Below, one piece after another: positions 1 to 9,300 of a DNA stretch of 36,424 nucleotides. The stretch is from Myxococcota bacterium. GTDB taxonomy: Bacteria > Myxococcota_A > Polyangia > Polyangiales > Sandaracinaceae. The DNA lies in the NCBI GenBank assembly GCA_036149055.1, contig JAYZQJ010000117.1, forward strand, positions 1 through 36,424, read 5' to 3'. Positions within the stretch are counted from its first letter, which is position 1, and every line of letters starts with the position of its first letter. Both the position numbers and the translations under genes were made by a program. The notes under the pieces were generated by a model. It saw nothing but the letters and a program-made list of their open reading frames with translations, was not told the DNA's origin and made no database searches.

Positions 1-2
1 TC

Positions 3-131
3 GAAGACGGGAAGTCTCCGAAGATCGTCACGCTCCGCGAGAAGGGACGGGCCGAGGTCCGCCCTCGCGCGAGCGCCCCGCGCGACGAGCGCACGGACGA
101 CGAGCCCCCGGACCCAGCCACCGACAACTGA
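3..131 (+). CDS. 3' end of a gene entering from the left edge (product unknown)
   Basis: Open frame EDGKSPKIVTLREKGRAEVRPR...PPDPATDN ends at TGA 129-131, with mostly G/C third positions. A GC hairpin follows. Confidence 0.5.
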   Translation, partial: EDGKSPKIVTLREKGRAEVRPRASAPRDERTDDEPPDPATDN

Positions 132-137
132 GCTCTC

Positions 138-166
138 GCGCGGCTCGTTCACGGCTCGAGCCGCGC
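138..166 (+). terminator. GC-rich hairpin after the partial gene (possible terminator, no U-tract)
   Basis: gcgcggctcg-N9-cgagccgcgc, 10-bp perfect stem starting 6 nt after the stop codon. Confidence 0.35.
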
Positions 167-443
167 ATCGGTGCGTCCGCCGCTGGGCGCGCCAGAGAGG
201 ATTCCGCTCCTGGCGCACGTGATGGCCGCGTTTCGGCTCGTTCGGTTGGCTCGCCAGGTCGAGCAGCCGAAGAACATCCGCAAATCGGCCTGATCGCGTG
301 GGGTGCGCGCGGGACTTTGGGCGGGGCGCTCGGGAAGATCGGGCAGGACCTGGTCATGAGAGTTGAAGCGTCTCTCGGGACCTGGTTGGGGGGACGAGGC
401 CACGAGCTGGCCCCTCGGCCAGCCGCCGCTCTACCATCCCCCG

Positions 444-968
444 ATGGCCCATCCCGCCCTGGTCGACGGTCCGCACTGGCGCTGGCTCGCGTTCGCCGCC
501 CTGACGCTCGGTTGCGCCGGTGCGCCCGCGCAGGTCGAGGGCGGAAGTGCCAGCGAAGCCGAAGAGCCCGCGGCGGCCTCCGAGCCCGAGCCGGTCGCTC
601 CGGCCTCCGCGGCCGCGAGCGATGAGGAGCGGACCGCGCGCGCTCTCGAGCGTCTCGTCGACGCGTGTCGTGCGGGCGATGTGGAGGCGGCGGCCGCGGG
701 GATCGTCGACCGCAGCCCGGGGGCGCCCCCGTGGTCGCGCGCGGCGGACGCCAGTGAGCCGGCTGCGCGCCGCGCGGTCGAGGGGGTCTGCGCGCGTATC
801 GTCGGAGCGCTGCGCGGCGGCACCTACGAGCGGCTGGGCTACGAGATGGCGCGGCAGGGCGAGGGGCTCTGGCACGTGTGCCCGGTCCGCTACGCCGCGA
901 CCGGCGAGGAGGCGGTGTTCGCGTTCCTCGAGGTCGACGGCACGCTGCTGCTGGGCGACATCGACTGA
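444..968 (+). CDS. Hypothetical lipoprotein (174 aa)
   Basis: ATG 444 gives MAHPALVDGPHWRWLAFAALTLGC (hydrophobic stretch plus lipobox-like TLGC), an Ala/Glu/Pro linker and a small globular C-terminal domain. TACCAT lies 6 nt upstream of the ATG. Confidence 0.7.
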   Translation: MAHPALVDGPHWRWLAFAALTLGCAGAPAQVEGGSASEAEEPAAASEPEPVAPASAAASDEERTARALERLVDACRAGDVEAAAAGIVDRSPGAPPWSRAADASEPAARRAVEGVCARIVGALRGGTYERLGYEMARQGEGLWHVCPVRYAATGEEAVFAFLEVDGTLLLGDID

Positions 969-974
969 CGCTCA

Positions 975-1014
975 GCCCCCACCCAGCATCTCTCGGGGCC
1001 TGGTCGTGGGGGGC
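975..1014. terminator. Imperfect hairpin between convergent genes
   Basis: gcccccac...gtggggggc stem between stops at 968 (+) and 1039 (-). Confidence 0.3.
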
Positions 1015-1038
1015 CCCTGGCGGCGACGGGTGCGGCCT

Positions 1039-2598
1039 TCAGGCCGAGTCGCGGCGTCGATCCTCGTGGTGGAGGCGCAGCCAGTGCAACAGCGGCTTGG
1101 TGTGGATCTCCTCCTGCCACTCCGCGGCGAGGTCCTCGATGATGTGGTGCTCGTCGACGAAGATCTTGCCGTCGTACTGCCGGATCACCGGGTGCAAGAA
1201 CTGACTGGCCTCGGCGCGCCGGATGTTGTCGCGGTGAATGCGCTCGACGGCGAAGGGGTTGTCGAACTTCTTGTCTCCGTACTCGAGCGTGACCGTGAAC
1301 GTCGTGTCGCCGACGTCGCACTCGCCCGAGAACAGATAGTCGACCGGCACCTCCTGGAGATACTCCGCCTGGGCGCCCCGGATGATCACGGCGTCGCAGA
1401 GGAATCCGAACTGCTGCCAGAGCGCCGACGAGCGGTTGATGCGGGCCAGCATCGCCCGGTGCACCGGCTCGGGCTCGGCGGGCATGAGCTCGCTCGGCCA
1501 CGCGTCTCCGTGATAGCGCTTGCCGAAGATGCGTGAGAGCGCGCGGCAGTTGTACCGGAAGCCGTGAATGAACGCGGAGGTGGTCTTGCGATAGTCCCTG
1601 GCCGCGGTGAGGACGCCCGCGAAGTACAGACCGGGGATGTTGACCGACTCCCACGCCGCCGTCTGCTCGGGAAGTCGGCCGCAGTGGCGAAGCTCGGGGC
1701 GGCAGGTCTCGTCGAACGGCGAGAGATCGAACTTGAACCCCGTGCAGCACACCACGCGGTCGTAGTGGATGACCTCGACCTCGCCCTCCGCCATGTTGTA
1801 GGCGACGGTGACGTCGAAGCCGTCCCCCGCGCGCTGGATCTTGCGCACGGTGGCGTTCAACACCGCGTTCTGTGACTTCAGCTGATAGGTGTCGAGGAAC
1901 TCGTTGTTGATCGCCCGCAGGTCCCCGACGTAGTGGGTCGTCCACGCCATCCGCAGCGGGTCGGGGCTCGCGACGTGAATCATGCGGGCCGTCGGGATCA
2001 TCAGGTTGGCGATCTCGAAGGCCGAGTTCCCTTTCCCGAGCACGAGGACCCGCTGATCGACGAAGTCCTCGCGGTCCGTCGAGACCTCGGTGTACTGCTC
2101 CGCGTGCTCGATGCCCGGGATGGAAGGGATGTTGGGGATCGAGATCCCGGTGGCCACGATGAGGCGCTTGCCGCGGAACTCTCGACCATCCTCCGCCGTG
2201 ACGACGAAGGTGCCCTCCCCGTCTCGAGCGATCTTGGAGACGCTGGTGCTCAGCTCGATGTTCAGCTTCTGCTCGCTCGCGAAGCTGTCCAGGTACCGGA
2301 CGAGATCGGCGGGGTCCGCCCAGTACTCTTTCGAGAAGTGCTTGAACCTCAGCTCCGGATCGTCGCTGATGAGCGAGTTCCAGTCCCAGCGAAGCTGCAC
2401 CTCCGGATCGTCGTATCCGGTGTAGACCTTGTTGATGGAGATCAGGTTCCGGACCCGCGGGTACCTCGAGAAGAACGACCCGACGTGGTCGGCTCGCTCC
2501 AGGATCCGGTAGTCCCGCCCGGCTCGTCCGAGAAAGTACCCCAGCTGCAACCCGGCCGGCCCTCCGCCCAGGATCAGATACTCGACGCTCTCGGACAT
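1039..2598 (-). CDS. FAD/NAD(P)-dependent oxidoreductase, FOXRED2(ERFAD)-like (519 aa)
   Basis: FAD motif ILGGGPAG, LIVATG, second Rossmann motif VLGKGNSAFE, CTGF. The segment LISINKVYTG...LRWDWNSLISDDP resembles FOXRED2 as I recall it. Start MSESVEY at 2598 follows a GAGGTG RBS. Confidence 0.85.
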   Translation of the reverse strand: MSESVEYLILGGGPAGLQLGYFLGRAGRDYRILERADHVGSFFSRYPRVRNLISINKVYTGYDDPEVQLRWDWNSLISDDPELRFKHFSKEYWADPADLVRYLDSFASEQKLNIELSTSVSKIARDGEGTFVVTAEDGREFRGKRLIVATGISIPNIPSIPGIEHAEQYTEVSTDREDFVDQRVLVLGKGNSAFEIANLMIPTARMIHVASPDPLRMAWTTHYVGDLRAINNEFLDTYQLKSQNAVLNATVRKIQRAGDGFDVTVAYNMAEGEVEVIHYDRVVCCTGFKFDLSPFDETCRPELRHCGRLPEQTAAWESVNIPGLYFAGVLTAARDYRKTTSAFIHGFRYNCRALSRIFGKRYHGDAWPSELMPAEPEPVHRAMLARINRSSALWQQFGFLCDAVIIRGAQAEYLQEVPVDYLFSGECDVGDTTFTVTLEYGDKKFDNPFAVERIHRDNIRRAEASQFLHPVIRQYDGKIFVDEHHIIEDLAAEWQEEIHTKPLLHWLRLHHEDRRRDSA

Positions 2599-2755
2599 TG
2601 TCACCTCGACTGCTCGGGCCCTACGACTTCCCCATCTGGACGCTACCGGAATGGGGCATCGCACACAACGGGGGCCGGCTCGCGACCGCTGTGGTGGCCC
2701 CTCGTCACGGCTCCTCGGAGTGGGGCCCCTGCGACGAGACGGGCTCGAGAGGAGC

Positions 2756-4327
2756 TCAGTCCCAGAGCTCGATCTCGGGCTGCGTCGGCGGGCGAGGCCG
2801 CCTCGGGCGCGGACGCGGGGTCGGAGCCCGCTCCTGCTCCGCTGCCGGCTCCTCCTCTTCCACGGCGGGCTCGGGGAGGGGCCGGAGCTGCACGCGCAGC
2901 CGCTGATCGACGTCGGGCGTGATGCGCTCCCGGACCGGCTCGTGCCCCTCGAGCTCGAAGGTCACCACCACCGGCTCGGACGAGATCGGCAGCTCGAGGC
3001 TCGCCGGGGTGGTCCACGTCTCGCCGGAGGGCAGCCGCGCGGTCGCGCCGGGCGGGGACGAGACGACGTCGATGGCCACGGTGGTCGGCGGGGGCGCCTC
3101 GGAGGCCGCGACGGTCGGCGGAGGCGCCGGCTCCGGCCACGCGAAGATCGCCACCCCGACGCCGGCCACGAGCGCGACGGCGATCGCGCCCACGACGAGG
3201 GGCCAGGATCTCCGCGGCGGTCGCTGCCCCAGCGGCGGCGCGATCCGGGAGGGCGCCGTCTGCACCGCGCGCATGTCCGCGCTGCCCGACTCGGCCTCGC
3301 GAATGATCTCGACCGCCTCGTCACCCGCGCCGACCCGGCGGAGCATCTCCTGCTTGGCGGTCACGCGCTCCGCGAAGAGCTCGTGCATCAGCGCGCGCAG
3401 CCGCTCCTCGGGCAGCCGACCGTCCTCGCGCGGGAGCGCCGCGAGGAGCTCCCGCCGCATGTCGAGCGCCGACTGATAGCGGGTGCGCCGCTGCCTCGAG
3501 AGCGCGCGCAGACACACCGCGTCGAGCGCAGGATCGACGCCCGGCGCGAGCTCCGACGGGGGCGCGATCCGGTGAGACAGGACGGCGCTCAGCGTCGCGC
3601 CCGGGTTCCCGCGCCGGAAGAGGCGACGCGCGGTGAGCATCTCGTAGAGCACCACCCCGAGGGCGAACACGTCCGAGCGCCGGTCGAGCGGCTCGTTCTG
3701 GATCTGCTCGGGCGACATGTAATCGAACTTGCCCTTGAGCATCCCGGTCTCGGTCTTGGTGAGCCGCTGGCGCGCCTGCGCGATCCCGAAGTCGAGCACC
3801 TTGACCGAGCCGTCGTAGGTGACGACGACGTTCTGGGGGCTCACGTCCCGATGCACGACCCCGAGCTCGACGCCCGCCTCGTCCTTCAGCGTGTGGGCCG
3901 CGTGGAGGCCCGCGCAGGCCTCGGCCACGATGTAGGCGGCGAGCTCCGGCGCGAGCGGGCGCCCCTCCTTCACGAGCGCGCGCAGCAGCGCCGACGCCGA
4001 CTCCCCCGCCAGGTACTCCATGACCATGTAGAGGTCGTCGCCGTCCCGCTGCAGCTCCTCGACGCTCACCACGTTGGGGTGGCGGAGGCCGGCGGTGATG
4101 CGCGCCTCGTCCAGGAACATGTTCACGAAGCCCTCGTCCCGCGCGAGGTGCGGAAGGATGCGCTTGATCACCACCGATCGGGCGAAGCCCTCGGCGCCCA
4201 GCTTCCGGCCGAGAAAGATCTCCGCCATGCCACCGGTCGCGAGCGATCCGACGATGCGGTAGGGACCGATGCGCTCGGGCGTCTCTCCCGCGGGAGACGG
4301 CGGCTCGGCGGGCGCGGGCGTGGCCAC
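2756..4327 (-). CDS. Membrane-anchored Hanks-type Ser/Thr protein kinase with extracytoplasmic PEGA-like domain (~523 aa)
   Basis: LATGGMAEIF, VVIKRILP, HRDVSPQN, DFGIA, YMSPEQ, SDVFALG; TM helix WPLVVGAIAVALVAGVGVAIFAW; PEGA-like VVSSPPGATARL...FELEGHEP. Start placed at GTG 4327, with TATTCT 7 nt upstream. Confidence 0.93.
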   Translation of the reverse strand: MATPAPAEPPSPAGETPERIGPYRIVGSLATGGMAEIFLGRKLGAEGFARSVVIKRILPHLARDEGFVNMFLDEARITAGLRHPNVVSVEELQRDGDDLYMVMEYLAGESASALLRALVKEGRPLAPELAAYIVAEACAGLHAAHTLKDEAGVELGVVHRDVSPQNVVVTYDGSVKVLDFGIAQARQRLTKTETGMLKGKFDYMSPEQIQNEPLDRRSDVFALGVVLYEMLTARRLFRRGNPGATLSAVLSHRIAPPSELAPGVDPALDAVCLRALSRQRRTRYQSALDMRRELLAALPREDGRLPEERLRALMHELFAERVTAKQEMLRRVGAGDEAVEIIREAESGSADMRAVQTAPSRIAPPLGQRPPRRSWPLVVGAIAVALVAGVGVAIFAWPEPAPPPTVAASEAPPPTTVAIDVVSSPPGATARLPSGETWTTPASLELPISSEPVVVTFELEGHEPVRERITPDVDQRLRVQLRPLPEPAVEEEEPAAEQERAPTPRPRPRRPRPPTQPEIELWD

Positions 4328-4412
4328 TGTCCGCAGAATACGACAGTCTCGCCGCGAGCTCCAAACGCTCGGCACCATGACGTGAGGCGCCATCCCGGCG
4401 TACCCTCCCACC

Positions 4413-5186
4413 ATGCATCGCCTCCCCGGCCTCGTGGTCGCGCTGACCCTCATCGCCGCCCTGCCCTCCCCCGCGGAGGCGCAGTCCGACCAGGAGCAGG
4501 CGATGACGCTCTACGCCCAGGCCGCGGCGCGCTACCAGAGCGGGGAGTACGACACCGCGGTGGTCCTGCTGCGCGAGGCGATCCGACTCCACGACCAGCC
4601 GCCCTTCCACTACAACCTCGCCCGCGCGCTCCAGGAGCTCGGCGAGTACGAGGAGGCGCGCCAGGAGTACCTCCGGTTCCTGGAGCTCGCGCCCGAGACC
4701 GAGCAGCGGGCCCGCGTCGAGGAGCGCGTGGCCGAGATCGACGCTCAGATCGAGGCGGCCCGCGTCGCGGCCGAGGAGGAGGAAGCGCGCCGGGCCGAGG
4801 AGGCGGAGGCGCAGCGGCGCGCGCAGGCGCAGCTCCGTCCGGAGCGTCGCCCGGAGACGCGAGGCCCCGAGGCCACCCCCTGGATCCTGCTCGGCGTCTC
4901 GGCGGCCCCGCTCGTGGCCGGGGTGGTGGTCGGGGCGATGGTGCAGGGCGAGGTCGACGCCGCGCGACGCGCCGTGAGCCAGCGGGACGCGCATCCCCAC
5001 GTCCGGTCGGCCGAGGATCTCGCGGTGGTCACCAATGTCCTGCTGGCGGTGGGCGGAGCGCTCGCCGTGGGCTCGCTGGTGTGGGGGTTGGTCGACGTGC
5101 TGAGCCTGGGCGGCGAGGAGGAGAGCGCCGCGGCGCTCCGCCTGCGGCTCGGGCCGTCGGGAGCGGCGGTCGATGGGACGTTCTGA
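4413..5186 (+). CDS. Secreted/membrane TPR-repeat protein (257 aa)
   Basis: Signal peptide ending AEA-Q; TPR-like helices (AAARYQSGEYDTAVVLLREAIRL, FHYNLARALQELGEYEEARQEYLRFLELAP); charged coiled coil; two Gly-rich hydrophobic helices; C-terminus ...AAVDGTF. Confidence 0.85.
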   Translation: MHRLPGLVVALTLIAALPSPAEAQSDQEQAMTLYAQAAARYQSGEYDTAVVLLREAIRLHDQPPFHYNLARALQELGEYEEARQEYLRFLELAPETEQRARVEERVAEIDAQIEAARVAAEEEEARRAEEAEAQRRAQAQLRPERRPETRGPEATPWILLGVSAAPLVAGVVVGAMVQGEVDAARRAVSQRDAHPHVRSAEDLAVVTNVLLAVGGALAVGSLVWGLVDVLSLGGEEESAAALRLRLGPSGAAVDGTF

Positions 5187-6255
5187 GCTCGTCGCACGGC
5201 TCCGGTGTGCGCTGCTCGGGTGTGCCCTGCTCGGGTGTGCGCTGCTCGCCGGATGCACGGTGCCGGGCGAGCTGCTCACCGATCGACCGTGCCCCTGCGC
5301 CGATGGGTGGTCCTGCGACCCCGACACGAACCTCTGCGTGGAGGGTGAGCTGCCGCCCCCGGAGGACGCGGGGCCGCCCGCCGACACCGGCGCGGGGGAC
5401 GACGCGAGCACGGCCGACTCGGGACCCGGGGACGCGGGGCCCGTGGACGCCGGCCCGCCCGAGCCGCCGCCCTCGGTGCCCACGACCTGCTGGAGCCGCG
5501 CGGAGACGTGCGACTGGACGGCGGACTTCGAGCTCGTGCTGGGCGACCCCTCGGTGATCGCCACGGCCGACCCCCAGCGCAACGTGACGTTCTCTCCCGA
5601 CGGCTGCGAGCTCTACTCGAGCGACACCTCGCGAGGCTACGTCGCCACGAGGAGCGGCCCCGGCGCCGCCTTCGGCCCGAGCGTCCCCTTGCCCGGCCTC
5701 GAGGCCGAGCCCGCGAGCCGCCCCTCGATCACCCCGGACGGATTGCAGCTCTACTTCCAGCGACCGGGCGCCACGCTGTACGAGACCTGGCGGGCCACGC
5801 GGCCGCGACGCGGCGGCAGCTGGCTGAGCCCCGAGCTCGTGCCGGAGCTGACGCGGGAGGACGCCCACGACTACGACGGCATCCTCGCGCCGCACGGGCT
5901 CCGCTTCTACTGGTCCCCGAGCGCGGGCGGCGATCAGGACGTGTGGATGGCGGAGCGCGCGTCGCTGAGCGCGCCGTTCGGATCCGCGGGCCCCGTGCCG
6001 CTCCTCAGCGGCGCCGGGCGTCAGTCCGAGCCGGCGGTGACCGCCGACGAGCGGCTCGTGGTGCTGCTCGTCGGAGACAGCCTCAGCTACGCGACGCGGC
6101 CGCACTGGCGCGCGCCGTGGAGCCCCCCGCTGCTCGCCCCGGGCGCGCCCCTCGTGGCCCCGGACGAGACCGAGTCCACCGTCAGCCCCGACGGCTGCGA
6201 GGTCCTGGTCCAGCTCGACCGACGCATGACCTACCTCGTCTACCAGGCGCGCTGA
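5173..6255 (+). CDS. Lipoprotein with PD40/TolB-like beta-propeller repeats (360 aa)
   Basis: Lipobox LAGC; small Cys cluster CPCADGWSCDPDTNLC; DAG-rich linker; propeller-type motifs FSPDGCELY, PSITPDGLQLYF, PAVTADERLV, VSPDGCEVL. Overlaps the upstream gene by 14 nt. Confidence 0.8.
   Translation: MGRSELVARLRCALLGCALLGCALLAGCTVPGELLTDRPCPCADGWSCDPDTNLCVEGELPPPEDAGPPADTGAGDDASTADSGPGDAGPVDAGPPEPPPSVPTTCWSRAETCDWTADFELVLGDPSVIATADPQRNVTFSPDGCELYSSDTSRGYVATRSGPGAAFGPSVPLPGLEAEPASRPSITPDGLQLYFQRPGATLYETWRATRPRRGGSWLSPELVPELTREDAHDYDGILAPHGLRFYWSPSAGGDQDVWMAERASLSAPFGSAGPVPLLSGAGRQSEPAVTADERLVVLLVGDSLSYATRPHWRAPWSPPLLAPGAPLVAPDETESTVSPDGCEVLVQLDRRMTYLVYQAR
5206..5256 (+). repeat. 15-nt tandem repeat x3 encoding CALLG-CALLG-CALLAG-C in a signal peptide
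   Basis: tgtgcgctgctcggg / tgtgccctgctcggg / tgtgcgctgctcgccgga followed by tgc. Confidence 0.9.
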
Positions 6256-6305
6256 CGGGCGGCGCGGTTTACAGCGCGCGCCAGGGAGGCCAGAGTCGCG
6301 CGCCG

Positions 6306-9300
6306 ATGCTCTCCGCGCAGCGCCTCCGCCCCGCCCTCGTCTCGCTCCTGGTGCTCGCGCCGAGCGGCGCGGGGGCCCAGGGCTTCACCGACGTGAGCGC
6401 CGCGCTGGGGACCGACACCGGCGCCCGACCGGCCCCGGACTCGGTCGCCGGCGGCGTGTCCATGGTGGACCTCGACGGCGACGGCCGCCTCGACCTCCTG
6501 TGGACCGCGCTCGACGCGCCGGTGGTGTTCCATCAGCGCTCCGACGGCACCTTCGCCCGTCGCGACGACGTGCTGGTCCCGGCGGGCCCGATCGAAGCCG
6601 GGGGGAACCTCCCCTTCGACATGGACGGCGACGGAGATCTCGACGTCTTGCTGCTCGGGACGGGCGCCGACGCGCTGCTGCGCAACGAGGGCGGCCTGGT
6701 CTTCACCGACGTGAGCCGCACGCATCTCCCCGGTCTGGAGCGCTGGAGCTCCGCCGCGGCGCCCGCCGACTTCGACGGGGACGGAGACCTCGACGTGTAC
6801 GTCACGGGCTACATCGAGACCCTCGAGTACCCGCGCCACGTGTGCGCGCCCGACATGCTCCTCGTCAACGACGGCGAGGGGCGCTTCACCGACGTCGCGC
6901 CCGAGATCGGCACCGACAGCGCAGGCTGCGGGCTCGCGGTGGTCACCCACGACGTGGACGACGACGGCGATCCCGACGTCCTCGTGGTGAACGACTTCGG
7001 CATGTTCGTGCTCCCCAACCGCGTGTTCCGAAACGACGGGCCGAGCGGCCCCGCGGCGCTCTCGTTCTCGGAGCGCTCGGCGGAGCTCGGGTTCGACAAC
7101 CGGCTCTACGGCATGGGCGTCGCGGTGGGCGATCTCGACGCGGACGGCCGCGACGACCTCGTGGCGAGCAGCATCGGCCGACCGGCGGCGCTCCTCGCGC
7201 GGGGCGGCGGGTTCGCGGATCGGACGCGGGCGCTCGGCGCCGACGTCGTCTTCAGCTCCGACGGCTATCAGGCGACGTGGGGGGTGGCGGTCGAGGACTT
7301 CGATCGCGACGGCTGGGCCGACGTGGTCATGGCCGGAGGACGGGTCATCGCGAGCAACTTCGCGAGCACCGGCGCCTACCAACCGAACGTCGTCATGCGC
7401 GGCGGGCCGACGGGGCTCGCGCTGGATCCGCCGGGCTGGGGCCTCGCGCCGCGCGGCACCGGGCGCGGGCTCGCGGTCGGCGACGTGGACGCCGACGGGG
7501 ACCCGGACATCGCGATCGGGCAGACCGACGGCACGATCGCGCTGCATCGGAACGACTTCCCGTCGACGGCGCCGCTCCGGTTGCGCCTGCGCGCGACGGA
7601 GACGGCGGCCGCGGCGGTCGGCGCCCGCGTCACGGCGAGCTGCGACGGCGCGATCCGGGTCGCGGGGGGCGTGGGCGGCGGCTCGTTCGCCGGTGCCAGC
7701 GACCCGGCGCTTCGCGTGAGCTTCCCGCCTCCCTGCGACGTCCCAGGCCGGACGGTCGACCTGAGAGTGAGGTGGCCGAGCGGCTACACGCAGACCGCGA
7801 CCGCGACCACGGGCGGCGCCCTGACGATCACCGAGCCCGACTGGCTCCAGGCGGAGCCGGGGCGCGTGGTCCTCCGCCCGACCGACGCGAACGGCTCTCC
7901 CTGGCCGGCGGGCGCCCGCGTCCTCGTCCGCCCGGACGGCGCGGCCCCGATCGTGGCGAGCCCGGTCCCCGACGGGAGCTTCGAAGCGACGTGGGCCAGC
8001 GGCGCGGGACCGACCCGCGTCGACCTGGAGATCGAGGGGCGCGCCTGGGGCGCGCACCCCATCGTGGAGCCGCCCCTGCACCGCCTGCGGGTCGTGCCCG
8101 GGCGCCCGGTCGTCGGAGCGCCGGCTCGGGCCGTCGTCAGCGGGGCCCCGCCCCACGCGGTGGTGCGCGTCCGACATGCCGGCGAGACGACCCCGCTGAC
8201 GTACGACGGCGACGGCCAGCACACCGGCGACCTCCGCTTCGACGCCGAGGGAGACACCGTCCTCACGCTGGTCGTCGACGGCGCAGAGGTCGCGTCGTCC
8301 CCCGTTCACGTCGCCGGCGTGGTCGACCGCGCGCGCTCGTTCGTGAGGCATCAGTCGCTCGTCCAGCTCGGGGCGCCCTTCCTGGTGGTCAGGGGCGCGC
8401 TCCGGGACGTCAACGGGCGGCCGGTCGAGGTGCCCCGCTCGGCGATCGCGCTGACGGCCGACGGGGTCGCGCTCACGCCGCTCACCTCGACCAGCGCGGG
8501 AGGCGTTTTCGAGATCGGGCTCAACACCTCGGCGCTCGCGGATGACGCCCTCGTCCAGCTGTGGGTGCATGGGGCGGCGTTCGGGTCCCCCGCCCGACTG
8601 CGCCGCCTCTCGAGCGCCGACGAGGTCCGCCGGCACGTCTCCCCCGCGCACTCCGACTGCGCTCCGGCGATGGAGACGATGCGGCCGGACGGCCAGGACG
8701 TCCTCCACTTCCTCGTCTTCCTCCGCGACGCACACGGCGAGCCCCTCCCGGACCTCGGGACCGCGCCGCAGCTCGTCGGAGATCTGGCCCCCCTCCCGGA
8801 GCCGGTGGTGCGCTTCGACAATCACTACCTGCAGCGCGTCCGCGCGACCCGGACGCCCGGCGAGGCGACGATGCACGTGGAGTGGTACGGCGAGCGCGTG
8901 GGGGTGTCGTGCCAGGTCACCCTCGAGGGCGCCCCGCGTGGCACGCCGTCGGAGCTCCACGGGACGCTCCGCGCGCGCCCCTCGGAGCTGGACGTCGCGA
9001 TCCCAGAGCAGCACGCGACCCTGACGTGGGAGCCGCGGGACGACCACCGCCGCCTGATGGGGAGCGGGCTCGCGGGGGCCGTCTGGCGCACCACCCTCGG
9101 CGTGTGGCGGAGCCCCGTCGAGTACGAGGGCTTCGGGCGCTACCGCCGCACGCTCGGCCCCGATCGCCATGGAGGGATCGACGCCGTGACGGTGACGGTC
9201 GGCGGCGCGGTGAGCGGCGCCACGGTGCGAATCGCGGGACCGCCCGCACCCGACGCCGGGGTCTCCCCCGACGCGGGCCCGCGCGTCGACGCGGGCCCGG

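Noticed and set aside
1..443. Possible IS/transposase end at the left edge
   Set aside because: Only 42 codons are visible, with no DDE or HUH motif and no paired terminal inverted repeat; cannot be supported from this window.
2651..5582. Long Arg/Gly/Pro-rich ORFs 2651-5557 (+) and 3321-5582 (-)
   Set aside because: Alternative or antisense frames of the kinase and TPR genes with composition typical of off-frame GC-rich sequence.
5508..6305. N-terminal extensions in the ORF track (e.g. 5508, 16792, 19144, 21703, 22983, 23303, 24707, 30323 starts)
   Set aside because: They overlap well-supported neighbouring genes in other frames; signal peptides, RBSs or stop/start overlaps point to the downstream starts used here. 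No evidence for fusions or frameshifts.
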